Both the position numbers and the translations under genes were made by a program. A stretch of 64,000 nt of DNA from assembly GCA_963791045.1 (NCBI GenBank), contig CAWBQK010000013.1, positions 128,001-192,000 of the forward strand. Reading direction: 5' to 3'. Origin of the DNA: Candidatus Latescibacterota bacterium. Its GTDB lineage: Bacteria; Krumholzibacteriota; Krumholzibacteriia; WVZY01. Shown here piece after piece: positions 52,306 through 61,372 of this stretch. Position 1 is the stretch's first letter. Each line of letters starts with the position of its first letter. The notes below the pieces were generated by a model. It had not been told where the DNA came from, searched no databases, and saw only the letters and a program-made list of their open reading frames with translations.

Positions 52306-52921
52306 TTTTCGTTTGCTTCTCATCACAGACCGAAAACTCGCGGGACGCAACTCTCTCGAATCCATCGTTGACGCCGCGTGCAAGGCCGGTGTGCGCGCCG
52401 TCCAACTGCGCGAAAAGGACCTCGATTCGAGATCGCTTTTTGATCTCGCCGTGCGATTGAGGGAAATCACATCGGCGCACGGAGCACAGCTTCTGGTAAA
52501 CGACCGCGTCGACATTGCGCTCGCCGCGCGCGCGGATGGAATTCACCGGCCCGAGGACGGTTTTCCGGCGCCAACGGCCCGCAGGCTTCTCGGCGAGAAA
52601 TCGATTATCGGAGCAAGTACGCACTCGCTCGAACGCGTGCGGCAGATGCAAACGGCCGGGGTGGATTTCGTCACCTTCGGGCCTGTCTTTGACACGCAGT
52701 CAAAAAACAAATACGGACCACCGCAAGGACTGGAATCGCTTCGGGCAGTCACCGGCGATGTCGACCTTCCGGTGTTCGCCCTTGGAGGCGTTACGCCCAA
52801 ACGAGCCGCCGCATGCATGGAAGCCGGTGCGTCGGGAGTCGCCGTGATCTCCGCTGTCCTGGGAGCGGCTGATGTGCCGGGTGCGGTCAAAGATTTCAGG
52901 GAAGCGTTGGGAACGTTATGA
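52298..52921 (+). CDS. ThiE/TenI-family protein (copy 1)
   Basis: QLREK, NDRVD, GASTH, FGPVF.T.SK, ALGG; HRPEDG in place of HLGQDD. Confidence 0.8.
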   Translation: MVDFRLLLITDRKLAGRNSLESIVDAACKAGVRAVQLREKDLDSRSLFDLAVRLREITSAHGAQLLVNDRVDIALAARADGIHRPEDGFPAPTARRLLGEKSIIGASTHSLERVRQMQTAGVDFVTFGPVFDTQSKNKYGPPQGLESLRAVTGDVDLPVFALGGVTPKRAAACMEAGASGVAVISAVLGAADVPGAVKDFREALGTL

Positions 52922-53571
52922 AAAAGAGTGTGGGGCATCTTCACGTTATAACCGACGAGTCGATCCAGAGCCGCTATTCGCATGTCGAAATCGCCGAAGC
53001 CGCCATCGCGGGCGGCGCGGACACAATACAATTCCGGGACAAATCGCTGTCGACGCGGAAGCTCATCGAGACAGCCGAAGCGCTTCGCGCCGTGTGCGCA
53101 CCGAGTGGTGTGCCGCTCATCATAAATGACCGAGCCGATGTCGCGCTCGCCGTCGACGCCGACGGCGTTCATCTGGGAAGGAGCGACCTTCCCGTCGCGG
53201 CGGCACGCAATCTACTCGGCCCGGAAAAAATTGTCGGAGGCACGGCGGGCACGCTCGAAGAGGCCATTGAAGCGGAAAGGGCCGGCGCCGATTACGTGGG
53301 ATTCGGTCACATCTACCCGACATCGTCCAAGGACAAACCCGGCGGCGCAAAAGGCCCGGAGAGTCTTCTTGACATCTGCAACACGCTTTCGATCCCGATT
53401 ATTGCGATCGGCGGGATCGACCACGGAAACTTCGCTCCGGTGATCGACGCGGGCGCCTGGGGGATTGCAGTCATCGGCGCCGTGTGCGCGAGCGAAGACC
53501 CCGAAGCGGCGGCGGCACTGTTGAAGAACGGCATCGATGCCAGAATAAGAAAAAGGAGCGGCGGCAAATGA
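52918..53571 (+). CDS. thiE: Thiamine-phosphate synthase (copy 2)
   Basis: [27 protein letters not shown]. Confidence 0.85.
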   Translation: MKKSVGHLHVITDESIQSRYSHVEIAEAAIAGGADTIQFRDKSLSTRKLIETAEALRAVCAPSGVPLIINDRADVALAVDADGVHLGRSDLPVAAARNLLGPEKIVGGTAGTLEEAIEAERAGADYVGFGHIYPTSSKDKPGGAKGPESLLDICNTLSIPIIAIGGIDHGNFAPVIDAGAWGIAVIGAVCASEDPEAAAALLKNGIDARIRKRSGGK

Positions 53572-54410
53572 AGCAGGCACTGACGATAGCGGGGTCCGAT
53601 TCCGGAGGCGGAGCTGGAGTCCAGGCGGATCTGAAAACCTTTCACGCCCACGGCGTTTTTGGAACCTCCGTTCTCACCGCAATCACCGCGCAGAACACAG
53701 TGACCGTCGCCCGCGCGGACGATCTTCCCCTCGATCTTATCGATGCGCAGCTCAACGCCGTGTTTGACGACTTTGACATTTCCGCCGCGAAGACGGGAAT
53801 GCTTTCGTCGGCCGAGATCGTGGAAACGGTGGCGAACGGTTTGTCGAGGCGGGGTTTTTCGCGACTCGTTGTCGACCCCGTGATGATCTCCAAGAGCGGT
53901 TACAAACTTCTCAAGGACGATGCGATCGAGAATTTGAAAAAGTTGATTCTCCCGCTTGCGCTCGTCGTCACGCCAAACATTCATGAAGCGCAGCTCATCG
54001 CAGGCGTCGAAATCGATTCAGTCGAATCGATGCGGGATGCCGCGCGTAAAATCCTCGATTTCGGCCCGCAAAACGTGCTCGTTAAGGGCGGGCACGCCAA
54101 TTTTGACGCGGCCACGGATATCCTTTTCGACGGCGATGAGTTTCACGTTTTCAAATCGGAATTCTTCGATACAAAAAATACACACGGGACGGGATGCACA
54201 TATTCGGCGGCGATCACCGCGCGACTCGCGCTGGGTGAGCCACTGGCAACCGCGGTCAAGAACGCGAAAACGTATATTTCCCGCGCCATAAAAAATTCCC
54301 TCTCTATAGGAAAAGGCCACGGGCCGACCAATCATTTCTATTTTGTAAATCGGATGATTTCCTGGAGGAGTAACGGGGCGGGTACGGACTACCAGTACCG
54401 TTCAAGATGA
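53568..54410 (+). CDS. thiD: Hydroxymethylpyrimidine/phosphomethylpyrimidine kinase; true stop possibly 54373
   Basis: [50 protein letters not shown]. Confidence 0.95.
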   Translation: MKQALTIAGSDSGGGAGVQADLKTFHAHGVFGTSVLTAITAQNTVTVARADDLPLDLIDAQLNAVFDDFDISAAKTGMLSSAEIVETVANGLSRRGFSRLVVDPVMISKSGYKLLKDDAIENLKKLILPLALVVTPNIHEAQLIAGVEIDSVESMRDAARKILDFGPQNVLVKGGHANFDAATDILFDGDEFHVFKSEFFDTKNTHGTGCTYSAAITARLALGEPLATAVKNAKTYISRAIKNSLSIGKGHGPTNHFYFVNRMISWRSNGAGTDYQYRSR

Positions 54411-55204
54411 ATCTGCCCGGGCGTTGTCCGTGTATGTTCGATGAACCCGTCCTTCCCGAGCGCGCCGACGAGCGAGTCGATCATACCGGGACTTCCGCAG
54501 AGATAAACGTGTGTGTTTTCGGGTGTCGGGTCGAAACCCCACCGATCGTTCAAGACACGTGACTCCCAGATTTCCTGAACGTAGCCGGTCTGTCCGTGCC
54601 AGGGGACAATTTCGTTCTTTGGACGGCTGACGGTCGGGACATATGTGAAGTTTGTGGACACGCGCTCCATCGCGAGGATCTCTTTCATGTACCCGAGATC
54701 CTGTGAATTTCGAACCCCGTGAAAAAGCGCGACCTTTTGTTTTGTATCCGGTCTCAGGATTGTGCGGAGCATGCTTACGTACGGTGCGACGCCGGTACCG
54801 GTGGCGACAAACACGAGATTGGCATCTTCAGGCACTTTTGAAAGCACGAAGGTGCCGGTGATCTTCGGCGACAACCACACACGATCCCCCGGCCAAAGAT
54901 TGAATAGCCTGGGCGTGAGCGCGCCGTCCTCGATCAAGACGAGGTAGAACTCGAGGTGACCCTTTTCGATCGGGCTCGAAACAATCGAGTATGCACGCTT
55001 GATGATCCTCTCGGGTTTTTTCAACGGTTCTTCTTCGGCGGAGCCGGGACACCGCGGCGCGGTCCCGGGTAGTCCGAGGGTCGTATACTGGCCCGACTCG
55101 TAATCGGCCAGATTCCACCCATCGGGGGTAACGTACATGACCCAGACTCCTCGTCCGAGATCATGCCGCTGAGTGACAGTGGCATTTAGCTGCGAAGAAG
55201 ACAC
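54389..55204 (-). CDS. fpr: Ferredoxin/flavodoxin-NADP+ reductase
   Basis: RAYSI.S, G.LTPRL, ATGTG.AP, HGVR, YLCG.P.M, C-terminal ERYW; GTG 55204 likely start. Confidence 0.9.
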   Translation of the reverse strand: MSSSQLNATVTQRHDLGRGVWVMYVTPDGWNLADYESGQYTTLGLPGTAPRCPGSAEEEPLKKPERIIKRAYSIVSSPIEKGHLEFYLVLIEDGALTPRLFNLWPGDRVWLSPKITGTFVLSKVPEDANLVFVATGTGVAPYVSMLRTILRPDTKQKVALFHGVRNSQDLGYMKEILAMERVSTNFTYVPTVSRPKNEIVPWHGQTGYVQEIWESRVLNDRWGFDPTPENTHVYLCGSPGMIDSLVGALGKDGFIEHTRTTPGQIHLERYW

Positions 55205-55350
55205 GTCAACCTTTCCAGCACCTGGCTGATTATCGTAAACCGAAACGACCATATGATTTGAATTTCACCGGAAGCGACCGGTGTCGTTGGACACTCCAAT
55301 TGGAATGCCAGTATAGCGTTATTTTTATTTTCGTCAACCAGCGACGGGAC

Positions 55351-55434
55351 GGCACGGGTCCTGTCATCGGATACCCCGCGCGTGCTCACTATCGTTCCGC
55401 TCGCGCCGGGGGCCCCACCGATGCCACCCGTGCC
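55351..55434. repeat. REP-like 84-bp nested palindrome
   Basis: GGCACGGGT/ACCCGTGCC outer arms, CATCGG/CCGATG and CCCCGCGCG/CGCGCCGGGG inner arms. Confidence 0.6.
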
Positions 55435-55485
55435 TTGCAATCGGCGGCGACTGCGGTTGGCGATAAGCGTATGTTTCGAATCCGG

Positions 55486-55514
55486 TTGACACTCTGTGCC
55501 GGTCAAAAGATACT
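55486..55514 (+). promoter_or_regulatory. Sigma70-type promoter for fadD
   Basis: TTGACA-N17-GATACT. Confidence 0.55.
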
Positions 55515-55569
55515 GTAACCTAACAATCCAGGGCTTCCTCCGCAACTCTTAAGCTACCCGGCGGTGACC

Positions 55570-57348
55570 ATGTCCCAAGAAACAATCCCGAGTATCTTTC
55601 TCCATGCGGCAAAAACATACGACAAAACGGATGCGTTCCGCTACAAGAGAGGAAAGAAGTGGATTGACGTGTCCCACAGAGAAGTCGTGGAGGCCGTCGA
55701 CAACCTCTCGCGCGGTTTGATCGCCCTTGGGTACGGGGCCCGCGACCGTATCGCGATCTTGTCGGAAAACCGTCTCGAGTGGGCCATTTCTGATTTCGCC
55801 ATACTCTCGTCCGGGTGCGTCGACGTGCCCCTGTATTCGACCCTCCCAGCCAACCAGGTGGCGTATATTCTCGATCACTCCGAGGCCCGGGCGTTGTTCG
55901 TGTCGACGCGCGGTCAGCTCGAGAAGATCATGCAGGTTCGCGACAAGCTTCCCCACCTCCGCAAAATATATTCGTTCGAACCCATCGATGATGTCGAAGG
56001 TGTCGAATCGTTCGAAACACTTATCGAGGCCGGCAAATCGGCCGGGAACATAAAGAGTCTTGACGAGAGAGCGGCTGAAATCACCCCGGACGACTGGGCC
56101 AGTATCATATACACTTCCGGCACCACCGGAGACCCCAAGGGGGTCATCCTCTCTCACCGCAACATAGCGGCGAATGTGATAAGCGCGGTGATCGCTTTCG
56201 AAATCGGCCCGGACGACACGGCCTTGTCATTCCTTCCGATGAGCCATGTTCTCGAACGCACGGGCGGGTTCTACGCGCCGTATTATCGCGGCGCGACGAT
56301 CGCTTTTGCCGAGAGTCTCGAGACCGTTTCCGAAAATCTCCTCGAAGTACGCCCGACCATGATGGTGAGCGTCCCCCGTTTTTTCGAGAAAATCTACGCC
56401 CGGGTGTTCGACACGGCGACCGCCGGCTCGGTCGTAAAAAGAAACATATTCTTCTGGGCGTTGAATGTCGGCAAGATCCACACAAAACAAGCTTTCGATA
56501 AAAGAGTGTCACGGGTCACTTGTATGAAGTACGCGGTGGCCAGGAAGCTGGTGTTTTCAAAGTTGAATGCAAAAACCGGCGGCCGCATCCGGTTCTTCGT
56601 CTCCGGAGGCGCGCCGCTATCGAGAGAGATCGCCGAGTTCTTTCACGCGGCGGGGCTCCCGATTCTCGAGGGGTACGGCACGACCGAAACAGCGCCGGTC
56701 ATATCGATCAACACATTCGGCAACACCAAGCTCGGAACCGTCGGACGGCCCATAGAAAACGTCGACGTCAAAATTGCCGAAGACGGCGAGATTCTCGCAC
56801 GCGGACCAAACGTGATGGTCGGGTATTACAAGGACACGTACCTGACCACCGAGGCAATCAAGGATGGCTGGTACTATACCGGAGACATCGGGTATGTCGA
56901 CGGCGACGGTTATATTGTCATCACCGACAGAAAAAAAGACCTCATCGTCACCGCCGGCGGCAAGAATGTCGCCCCGCAACCCATTGAAAACCTGCTGAAA
57001 ACCAACAAGTACGTGACACAAGCCATCATCATCGGCAACAACCGCAGATTTATCTCGGCTCTGATCGTTCCTAATTTCGAGAACATCCGCGCCTTTGCGG
57101 ACGCAATAGAAATCGAATACGCAAACGACACTGATCTCACAACCCACCCGCGGGTAATCAGTAAAATCGAGGACGAAATCACACGAAAGAGCGTCCACCT
57201 CGCCGGGTTCGAGCGGGTAAAAAAATTCGTTCTTCTCGATAAGGATTTTTCAATCGAGGACAACGAACTCACACCCACTCTCAAATTCAAACGGCGGAAA
57301 ATCGAGGAGAAACACAAAGCGCAAATCGACGCCCTCTATGACGGGTGA
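55570..57348 (+). CDS. fadD: Long-chain fatty acid-CoA ligase (AMP-dependent)
   Basis: IIYTSGTTGDPKG, LPMSHVLER, EGYGTTE, GWYYTGDIG, DRKKD..GGKNVAP. Confidence 0.92.
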   Translation: MSQETIPSIFLHAAKTYDKTDAFRYKRGKKWIDVSHREVVEAVDNLSRGLIALGYGARDRIAILSENRLEWAISDFAILSSGCVDVPLYSTLPANQVAYILDHSEARALFVSTRGQLEKIMQVRDKLPHLRKIYSFEPIDDVEGVESFETLIEAGKSAGNIKSLDERAAEITPDDWASIIYTSGTTGDPKGVILSHRNIAANVISAVIAFEIGPDDTALSFLPMSHVLERTGGFYAPYYRGATIAFAESLETVSENLLEVRPTMMVSVPRFFEKIYARVFDTATAGSVVKRNIFFWALNVGKIHTKQAFDKRVSRVTCMKYAVARKLVFSKLNAKTGGRIRFFVSGGAPLSREIAEFFHAAGLPILEGYGTTETAPVISINTFGNTKLGTVGRPIENVDVKIAEDGEILARGPNVMVGYYKDTYLTTEAIKDGWYYTGDIGYVDGDGYIVITDRKKDLIVTAGGKNVAPQPIENLLKTNKYVTQAIIIGNNRRFISALIVPNFENIRAFADAIEIEYANDTDLTTHPRVISKIEDEITRKSVHLAGFERVKKFVLLDKDFSIEDNELTPTLKFKRRKIEEKHKAQIDALYDG

Positions 57349-57455
57349 CGCGTGGGCGGAACGGTCCATACTCAGACTCGTTACCACCTTGCCGGCAACA
57401 ACTTCGCTCATCGGCCCCCCCCTCCACGATCGATCCTTACCCCATTCGATTTGGC

Positions 57456-57484
57456 TTGAAAATAAGCGTAACTTGTGCTATAAT
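57456..57484 (+). promoter_or_regulatory. Strong sigma70-type promoter
   Basis: TTGAAA-N17-TATAAT with an extended -10 TG. Confidence 0.7.
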
Positions 57485-57551
57485 TGTGCCTTACCGAGCC
57501 GACCTGCCAAATAATTGCGGTGCATCCGCCCCAACCAGTGGAGGTCCCACG

Positions 57552-60500
57552 ATGAAACGGATCGTGTTTGTTACGTTGTGTGCACTCGTTGTCCTCGGCG
57601 TGGTGGCGGGTGACACATGGTCAAAAACGACACAGGACGGCAAGCTGTCCGGATATCGTTTCAAAGAGCTTCCGCATGGGGGCGCCAATACACCCGCGTT
57701 TGCGCAGGGGTCTTTGTATCAAGCCGCCGCGGTTGGTTCCACCTTGCTCGGGTGGTGGCAGTTCGATACGGCGGCAGGGCAACCTGATGAGCAGGGGTGG
57801 ACCAAACACGATATCACCGGGCCACCGGATGTGAACTTTCATGTCGACGGATCGGTCGCCGGGGGCGCCGGGTGTTGTCCGATCGTGCCGGTGACCGGCG
57901 TAAAATCGATGTGGTGCGGCGCGTGTCCGAGTGCGGACGAAATCTACTGCGGGTACTCCTCACTGCCCGGCTACGGAAACAGCTGGTATCAATCATTGAT
58001 AACACAGACGCTCGCGTGTACCACGCTTTCACTCACCTATACCGCCGTATGGGATTCCGAGCCGGCCTACGATTTTACGTATGTTCAGTACTGGGATGGA
58101 ACGAGTGAAGCATGGGTTGACCTCCCCGTCGATGGAGGCGCAGGGAAATACGACGGCATCGGCGGCCCACTCGTCGAGAATTTCGTTATCAACCCGCCGG
58201 ACTATTCGACAGTCGTTCGGTTCTTTTTTGTGTCGGATGGGGCGTGGAGTGACGAGGACGGCTTGTGGCCGACAAACGAGGGTGCGTTCAAAGTCGACGA
58301 CATCACACTCGCCTGCACCGATCAGGGATCCGGTTTTTCCTACTCGGAAGACTGGGAGGATGAGGTTTGCGGTCAGAAGGGATCCAACGACGGCGTGTGG
58401 CACTCGGCGAGCACGCCGGGATTTGGGGTTTACGCGGCACTCCGTAACGGTGCGGGGGTTATCCAGGAAGACCCGTGCCGCCGGTTGATCTCAAATTTGT
58501 GGGGTTTCTTCGATGACCCCGTCGTCACCAACTATTCGTGCGGTGGCTGGCCGCTCCAGGGAGCGGTGCCCTACGGCCCCGATGCCAACGGGCTATATAT
58601 GAACAACGAGATATGGTCACCGAAAGTCGACTACGTCGGATCGGGTAACGAGGTGCGGTTTCGGTTCGCATCGTACAGAGATCTCTCCCTCGACGGGCTT
58701 GTGTTCTATGTCTGGCATGTCAGGTCGTGGGTGGCGGACTGCCCTCAGAACTGGGAGGACTACACGTTTGTCTACTACGGCGGGCAGAGAGACTGGTTGT
58801 ATACGACATTCGATATCGGTCCGTTGATTGATGCCGGAGCCACTCATCTTCAACTGGCTCTTGGCGCCGTCGACATGTGCGGTTATTGGTGTGGCATCTA
58901 CGGAACCGGCTCTTGCCACAGTCACGCCCCATTGTTCGACCAGGTTCGCCTCGTTCGTATTGACAACCAGGGACCACAGTGGAACGTGCGGCACATCGAC
59001 ATCTGGCAGGATAACTTCCCCGAGGAAGGTGGTGTCGATCCGGCGACGAGTTATGCGCGCTGCGACATGGCGCAGGATATTTTACCCAACAACAATCCCA
59101 TCCTCCCCGGTGACTCGCTTTCGGTCGGGGTCAACGACCCGGCTGGTTTCGCCGATGACAACACAGGCGGCCGCCCCGGCAAAGCGATCTATGCATTTGT
59201 AAGGGTCACCGATCGGTTTGGCAATGCGAAGGCGGGCAAGTCGGGCCTGGCCATCCAATCCCCCGACGACCAGGCCTACTCCGGCGACCCAAATGCGGGT
59301 CTCGTGAGATACCCATGGGTCGGCAATGTGCTGATCGGCGGAGAGACGTGGAGCCAATACCGGATGGACTACAATTATACATCCTCCGGCGGCCAGGTCA
59401 GCGGTCGTTACAACTGCGACCTGATGGATCTTGGCGCCGGCGCCACAGGCCCACACTACAATCACGCCAACGAGAACACCGCAGCGAACACGGGCGTGTT
59501 CACGCCTGGGGACGTCGTCAATTATTTCCTCGGCGCGCAGAATTCACTCGGTACGTGGAGCTACTGGCACCGCACACTCGACGGGCAGGGCGTCAGCCGC
59601 TCGACACTCAATATCACCGAGGCGGCGGCCGACCCATGCGAGTGGTCGGTTCTCCCCGACGCGGGTCTTCTTGCCGGTGACATTCTCTATGTGGATGATG
59701 CCGACGACCGTGGCGGACCCGCACAACTCTATTTCGACTGGGCGTTCAAGTACCTCAATATCGAAGACGGTGTTGACCGTTTTGATGTGTTGGGTCCTTC
59801 GTCGGCGGTCGGCAACAGTCTCGCATCGCGTGTGAAGGACTTGTCCACGCAGATGATCGGAGATCCCGGAGAGGTTTATCAGAAGGTGCTGTGGAACTCG
59901 AGTGATCTGAGCAGCGGCCTGATGGGGGACGGCGGCTATACGGCTGGCGGGGGCAGCTCTGAAAAATCAAACGACTACGCGTTGTGCGAATACTTCCTCA
60001 CCAACCACCCGGGGAATCCCGGCTGGTATGCGGCGGGCGATGACTTCCCGTCAGACTGGAATCAGTTGACGGGAGCGGCGGCGGTGAACGTCCGCAGCTT
60101 CTATATGAATTACAACCTCGTTGGTTACGATCACAAGTTAGTCGGCGAACCGGTGTCGCCGCTCGTCGTCCGGAGTGGTGACTATCCGATCGGGCCGGCG
60201 GCGATGTACGCATACGGTGGATGTCCGGTACTCAACGACTTCGATGTGATTCAAGCCATCGGCTCATCCAACTACGCGATGGAGTACTCCTCGCAGGGGA
60301 GTGGAAACGGAGCGGTGATTCGCCAGGCCACACCCAACGCGGCGGGTTCGACGGCGCGTTTCGTTCTGTCCGGGTTTGGTTACAACTTTATCCGCGATGA
60401 CGACGTGATCGGCATATGGCCGGACCGGGTGACGCACCTGCGGGACATACTCATCTATTTCCAGAATATCCTGGATGAGCCGATAGGGATCGACCCCGTC

Positions 60501-60788
60501 GCATATGCGAACAGTCTTGACAACGCATATCCGAATCCTTTCAACCCGACAACGACGATCAAGTACTCGATTGCCGAGCGCGGCCACGTGACACTCAAAG
60601 TGTACAATGCCGCGGGGCAACTCGTGCGAACACTTGTCGACGAGATGCAGTCGCCGGCCGCGACGGGGTTGTCGAAAACCTGGCACGGGATGAACGACCA
60701 TGGGCAACCCGTTTCGAGCGGTGTGTACTTCTACAGACTGTCAACCAATAGGTTTACACACACCAAAAAGATGGTGCTGTTGAAGTAA
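57552..60788 (+). CDS. 1078-aa secreted Cys/Trp/Gly-rich protein with InhA/MAM-like module and FlgD/T9SS-like CTD (paralog 1)
   Basis: GGAGG SD, signal peptide MKRIVFVTLCALVVLG; WDSEPAYDF..V and RFFFVSDGAWSDEDG; CTD PNPFNP..SSGVYFYRL..KMVLLK. Confidence 0.85.
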   Translation: MKRIVFVTLCALVVLGVVAGDTWSKTTQDGKLSGYRFKELPHGGANTPAFAQGSLYQAAAVGSTLLGWWQFDTAAGQPDEQGWTKHDITGPPDVNFHVDGSVAGGAGCCPIVPVTGVKSMWCGACPSADEIYCGYSSLPGYGNSWYQSLITQTLACTTLSLTYTAVWDSEPAYDFTYVQYWDGTSEAWVDLPVDGGAGKYDGIGGPLVENFVINPPDYSTVVRFFFVSDGAWSDEDGLWPTNEGAFKVDDITLACTDQGSGFSYSEDWEDEVCGQKGSNDGVWHSASTPGFGVYAALRNGAGVIQEDPCRRLISNLWGFFDDPVVTNYSCGGWPLQGAVPYGPDANGLYMNNEIWSPKVDYVGSGNEVRFRFASYRDLSLDGLVFYVWHVRSWVADCPQNWEDYTFVYYGGQRDWLYTTFDIGPLIDAGATHLQLALGAVDMCGYWCGIYGTGSCHSHAPLFDQVRLVRIDNQGPQWNVRHIDIWQDNFPEEGGVDPATSYARCDMAQDILPNNNPILPGDSLSVGVNDPAGFADDNTGGRPGKAIYAFVRVTDRFGNAKAGKSGLAIQSPDDQAYSGDPNAGLVRYPWVGNVLIGGETWSQYRMDYNYTSSGGQVSGRYNCDLMDLGAGATGPHYNHANENTAANTGVFTPGDVVNYFLGAQNSLGTWSYWHRTLDGQGVSRSTLNITEAAADPCEWSVLPDAGLLAGDILYVDDADDRGGPAQLYFDWAFKYLNIEDGVDRFDVLGPSSAVGNSLASRVKDLSTQMIGDPGEVYQKVLWNSSDLSSGLMGDGGYTAGGGSSEKSNDYALCEYFLTNHPGNPGWYAAGDDFPSDWNQLTGAAAVNVRSFYMNYNLVGYDHKLVGEPVSPLVVRSGDYPIGPAAMYAYGGCPVLNDFDVIQAIGSSNYAMEYSSQGSGNGAVIRQATPNAAGSTARFVLSGFGYNFIRDDDVIGIWPDRVTHLRDILIYFQNILDEPIGIDPVAYANSLDNAYPNPFNPTTTIKYSIAERGHVTLKVYNAAGQLVRTLVDEMQSPAATGLSKTWHGMNDHGQPVSSGVYFYRLSTNRFTHTKKMVLLK

Positions 60789-60807
60789 CCTTCGTTTGCA
60801 TGACTCT

Positions 60808-60846
60808 AAAAGAAACCGGCGCCGACGCGTGCCGGTTTCTTTTTTT
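60808..60846 (+). terminator. Rho-independent terminator
   Basis: AAAAGAAACCGGC-loop-GCCGGTTTCTTTTTTT. Confidence 0.85.
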
Positions 60847-60908
60847 GCATTGAGAAATACGATAACCGGGTATCGATATAAAGTGTAGTGGTTTTTCACG
60901 TTGCACTA

Positions 60909-60946
60909 TTGACGATCAGAAGCCACTTGCCTATATTGTAAGTGGC
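60909..60946 (+). promoter_or_regulatory. Sigma70 promoter with an inverted repeat flanking the -10
   Basis: TTGACG-N17-TATATT; GCCACTTGC-N7-GTAAGTGGC. Confidence 0.6.
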
Positions 60947-61372
60947 GAGTAATCCAAAACGGGCTTGGGGCTACACGCCGAAGATTCACTTTCCGGCCTG
61001 CCAGTGCATTCAGGAGAGGAGGTGGAATCTCATCGAGGCGCACTGGCTACTGTCTCCTGTTGTCTCATCACCCAGCTCGAGCCGACCAGGCATATCCCCC
61101 ATCAGGTCAGTCTAAATAGACGATGACGCAGGTGCGTTGCATCGTGTCGTCGAAGTGCGGGTAATTTTACCCTCGGAGGTCATCATCGTGTGCGCTGTTC
61201 CCTCAGCACGCGTTGAGGGTAATATGGCGGGGGCCATCTGCAACACATGCAACACGTGTCGCGGCGGACGCCGTTTTATTCCCGTACCGCTTAAGACTGA
61301 TACTTTTCCCTCCTTGTCGGTAGGCCACTTGTGGCTTACCGATTCTCACTTCTGCAACGATGGAGGAACGAC

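Noticed and set aside
54350-54410. thiD C-terminal extension overlapping the fpr 3' end
   Set aside because: One missing A near 54348 would restore [14 protein letters not shown] at 54373, so this is likely an indel artefact
55486-55506. TTGAC-N11-GTCAA as an FNR/CRP site
   Set aside because: The spacing does not fit TTGAT-N4-ATCAA, and 5-bp arms are weak evidence
57345-57551. 69-aa N-terminal extension of paralog 1 in the ORF track
   Set aside because: The promoter, SD and signal peptide all point to ATG 57552
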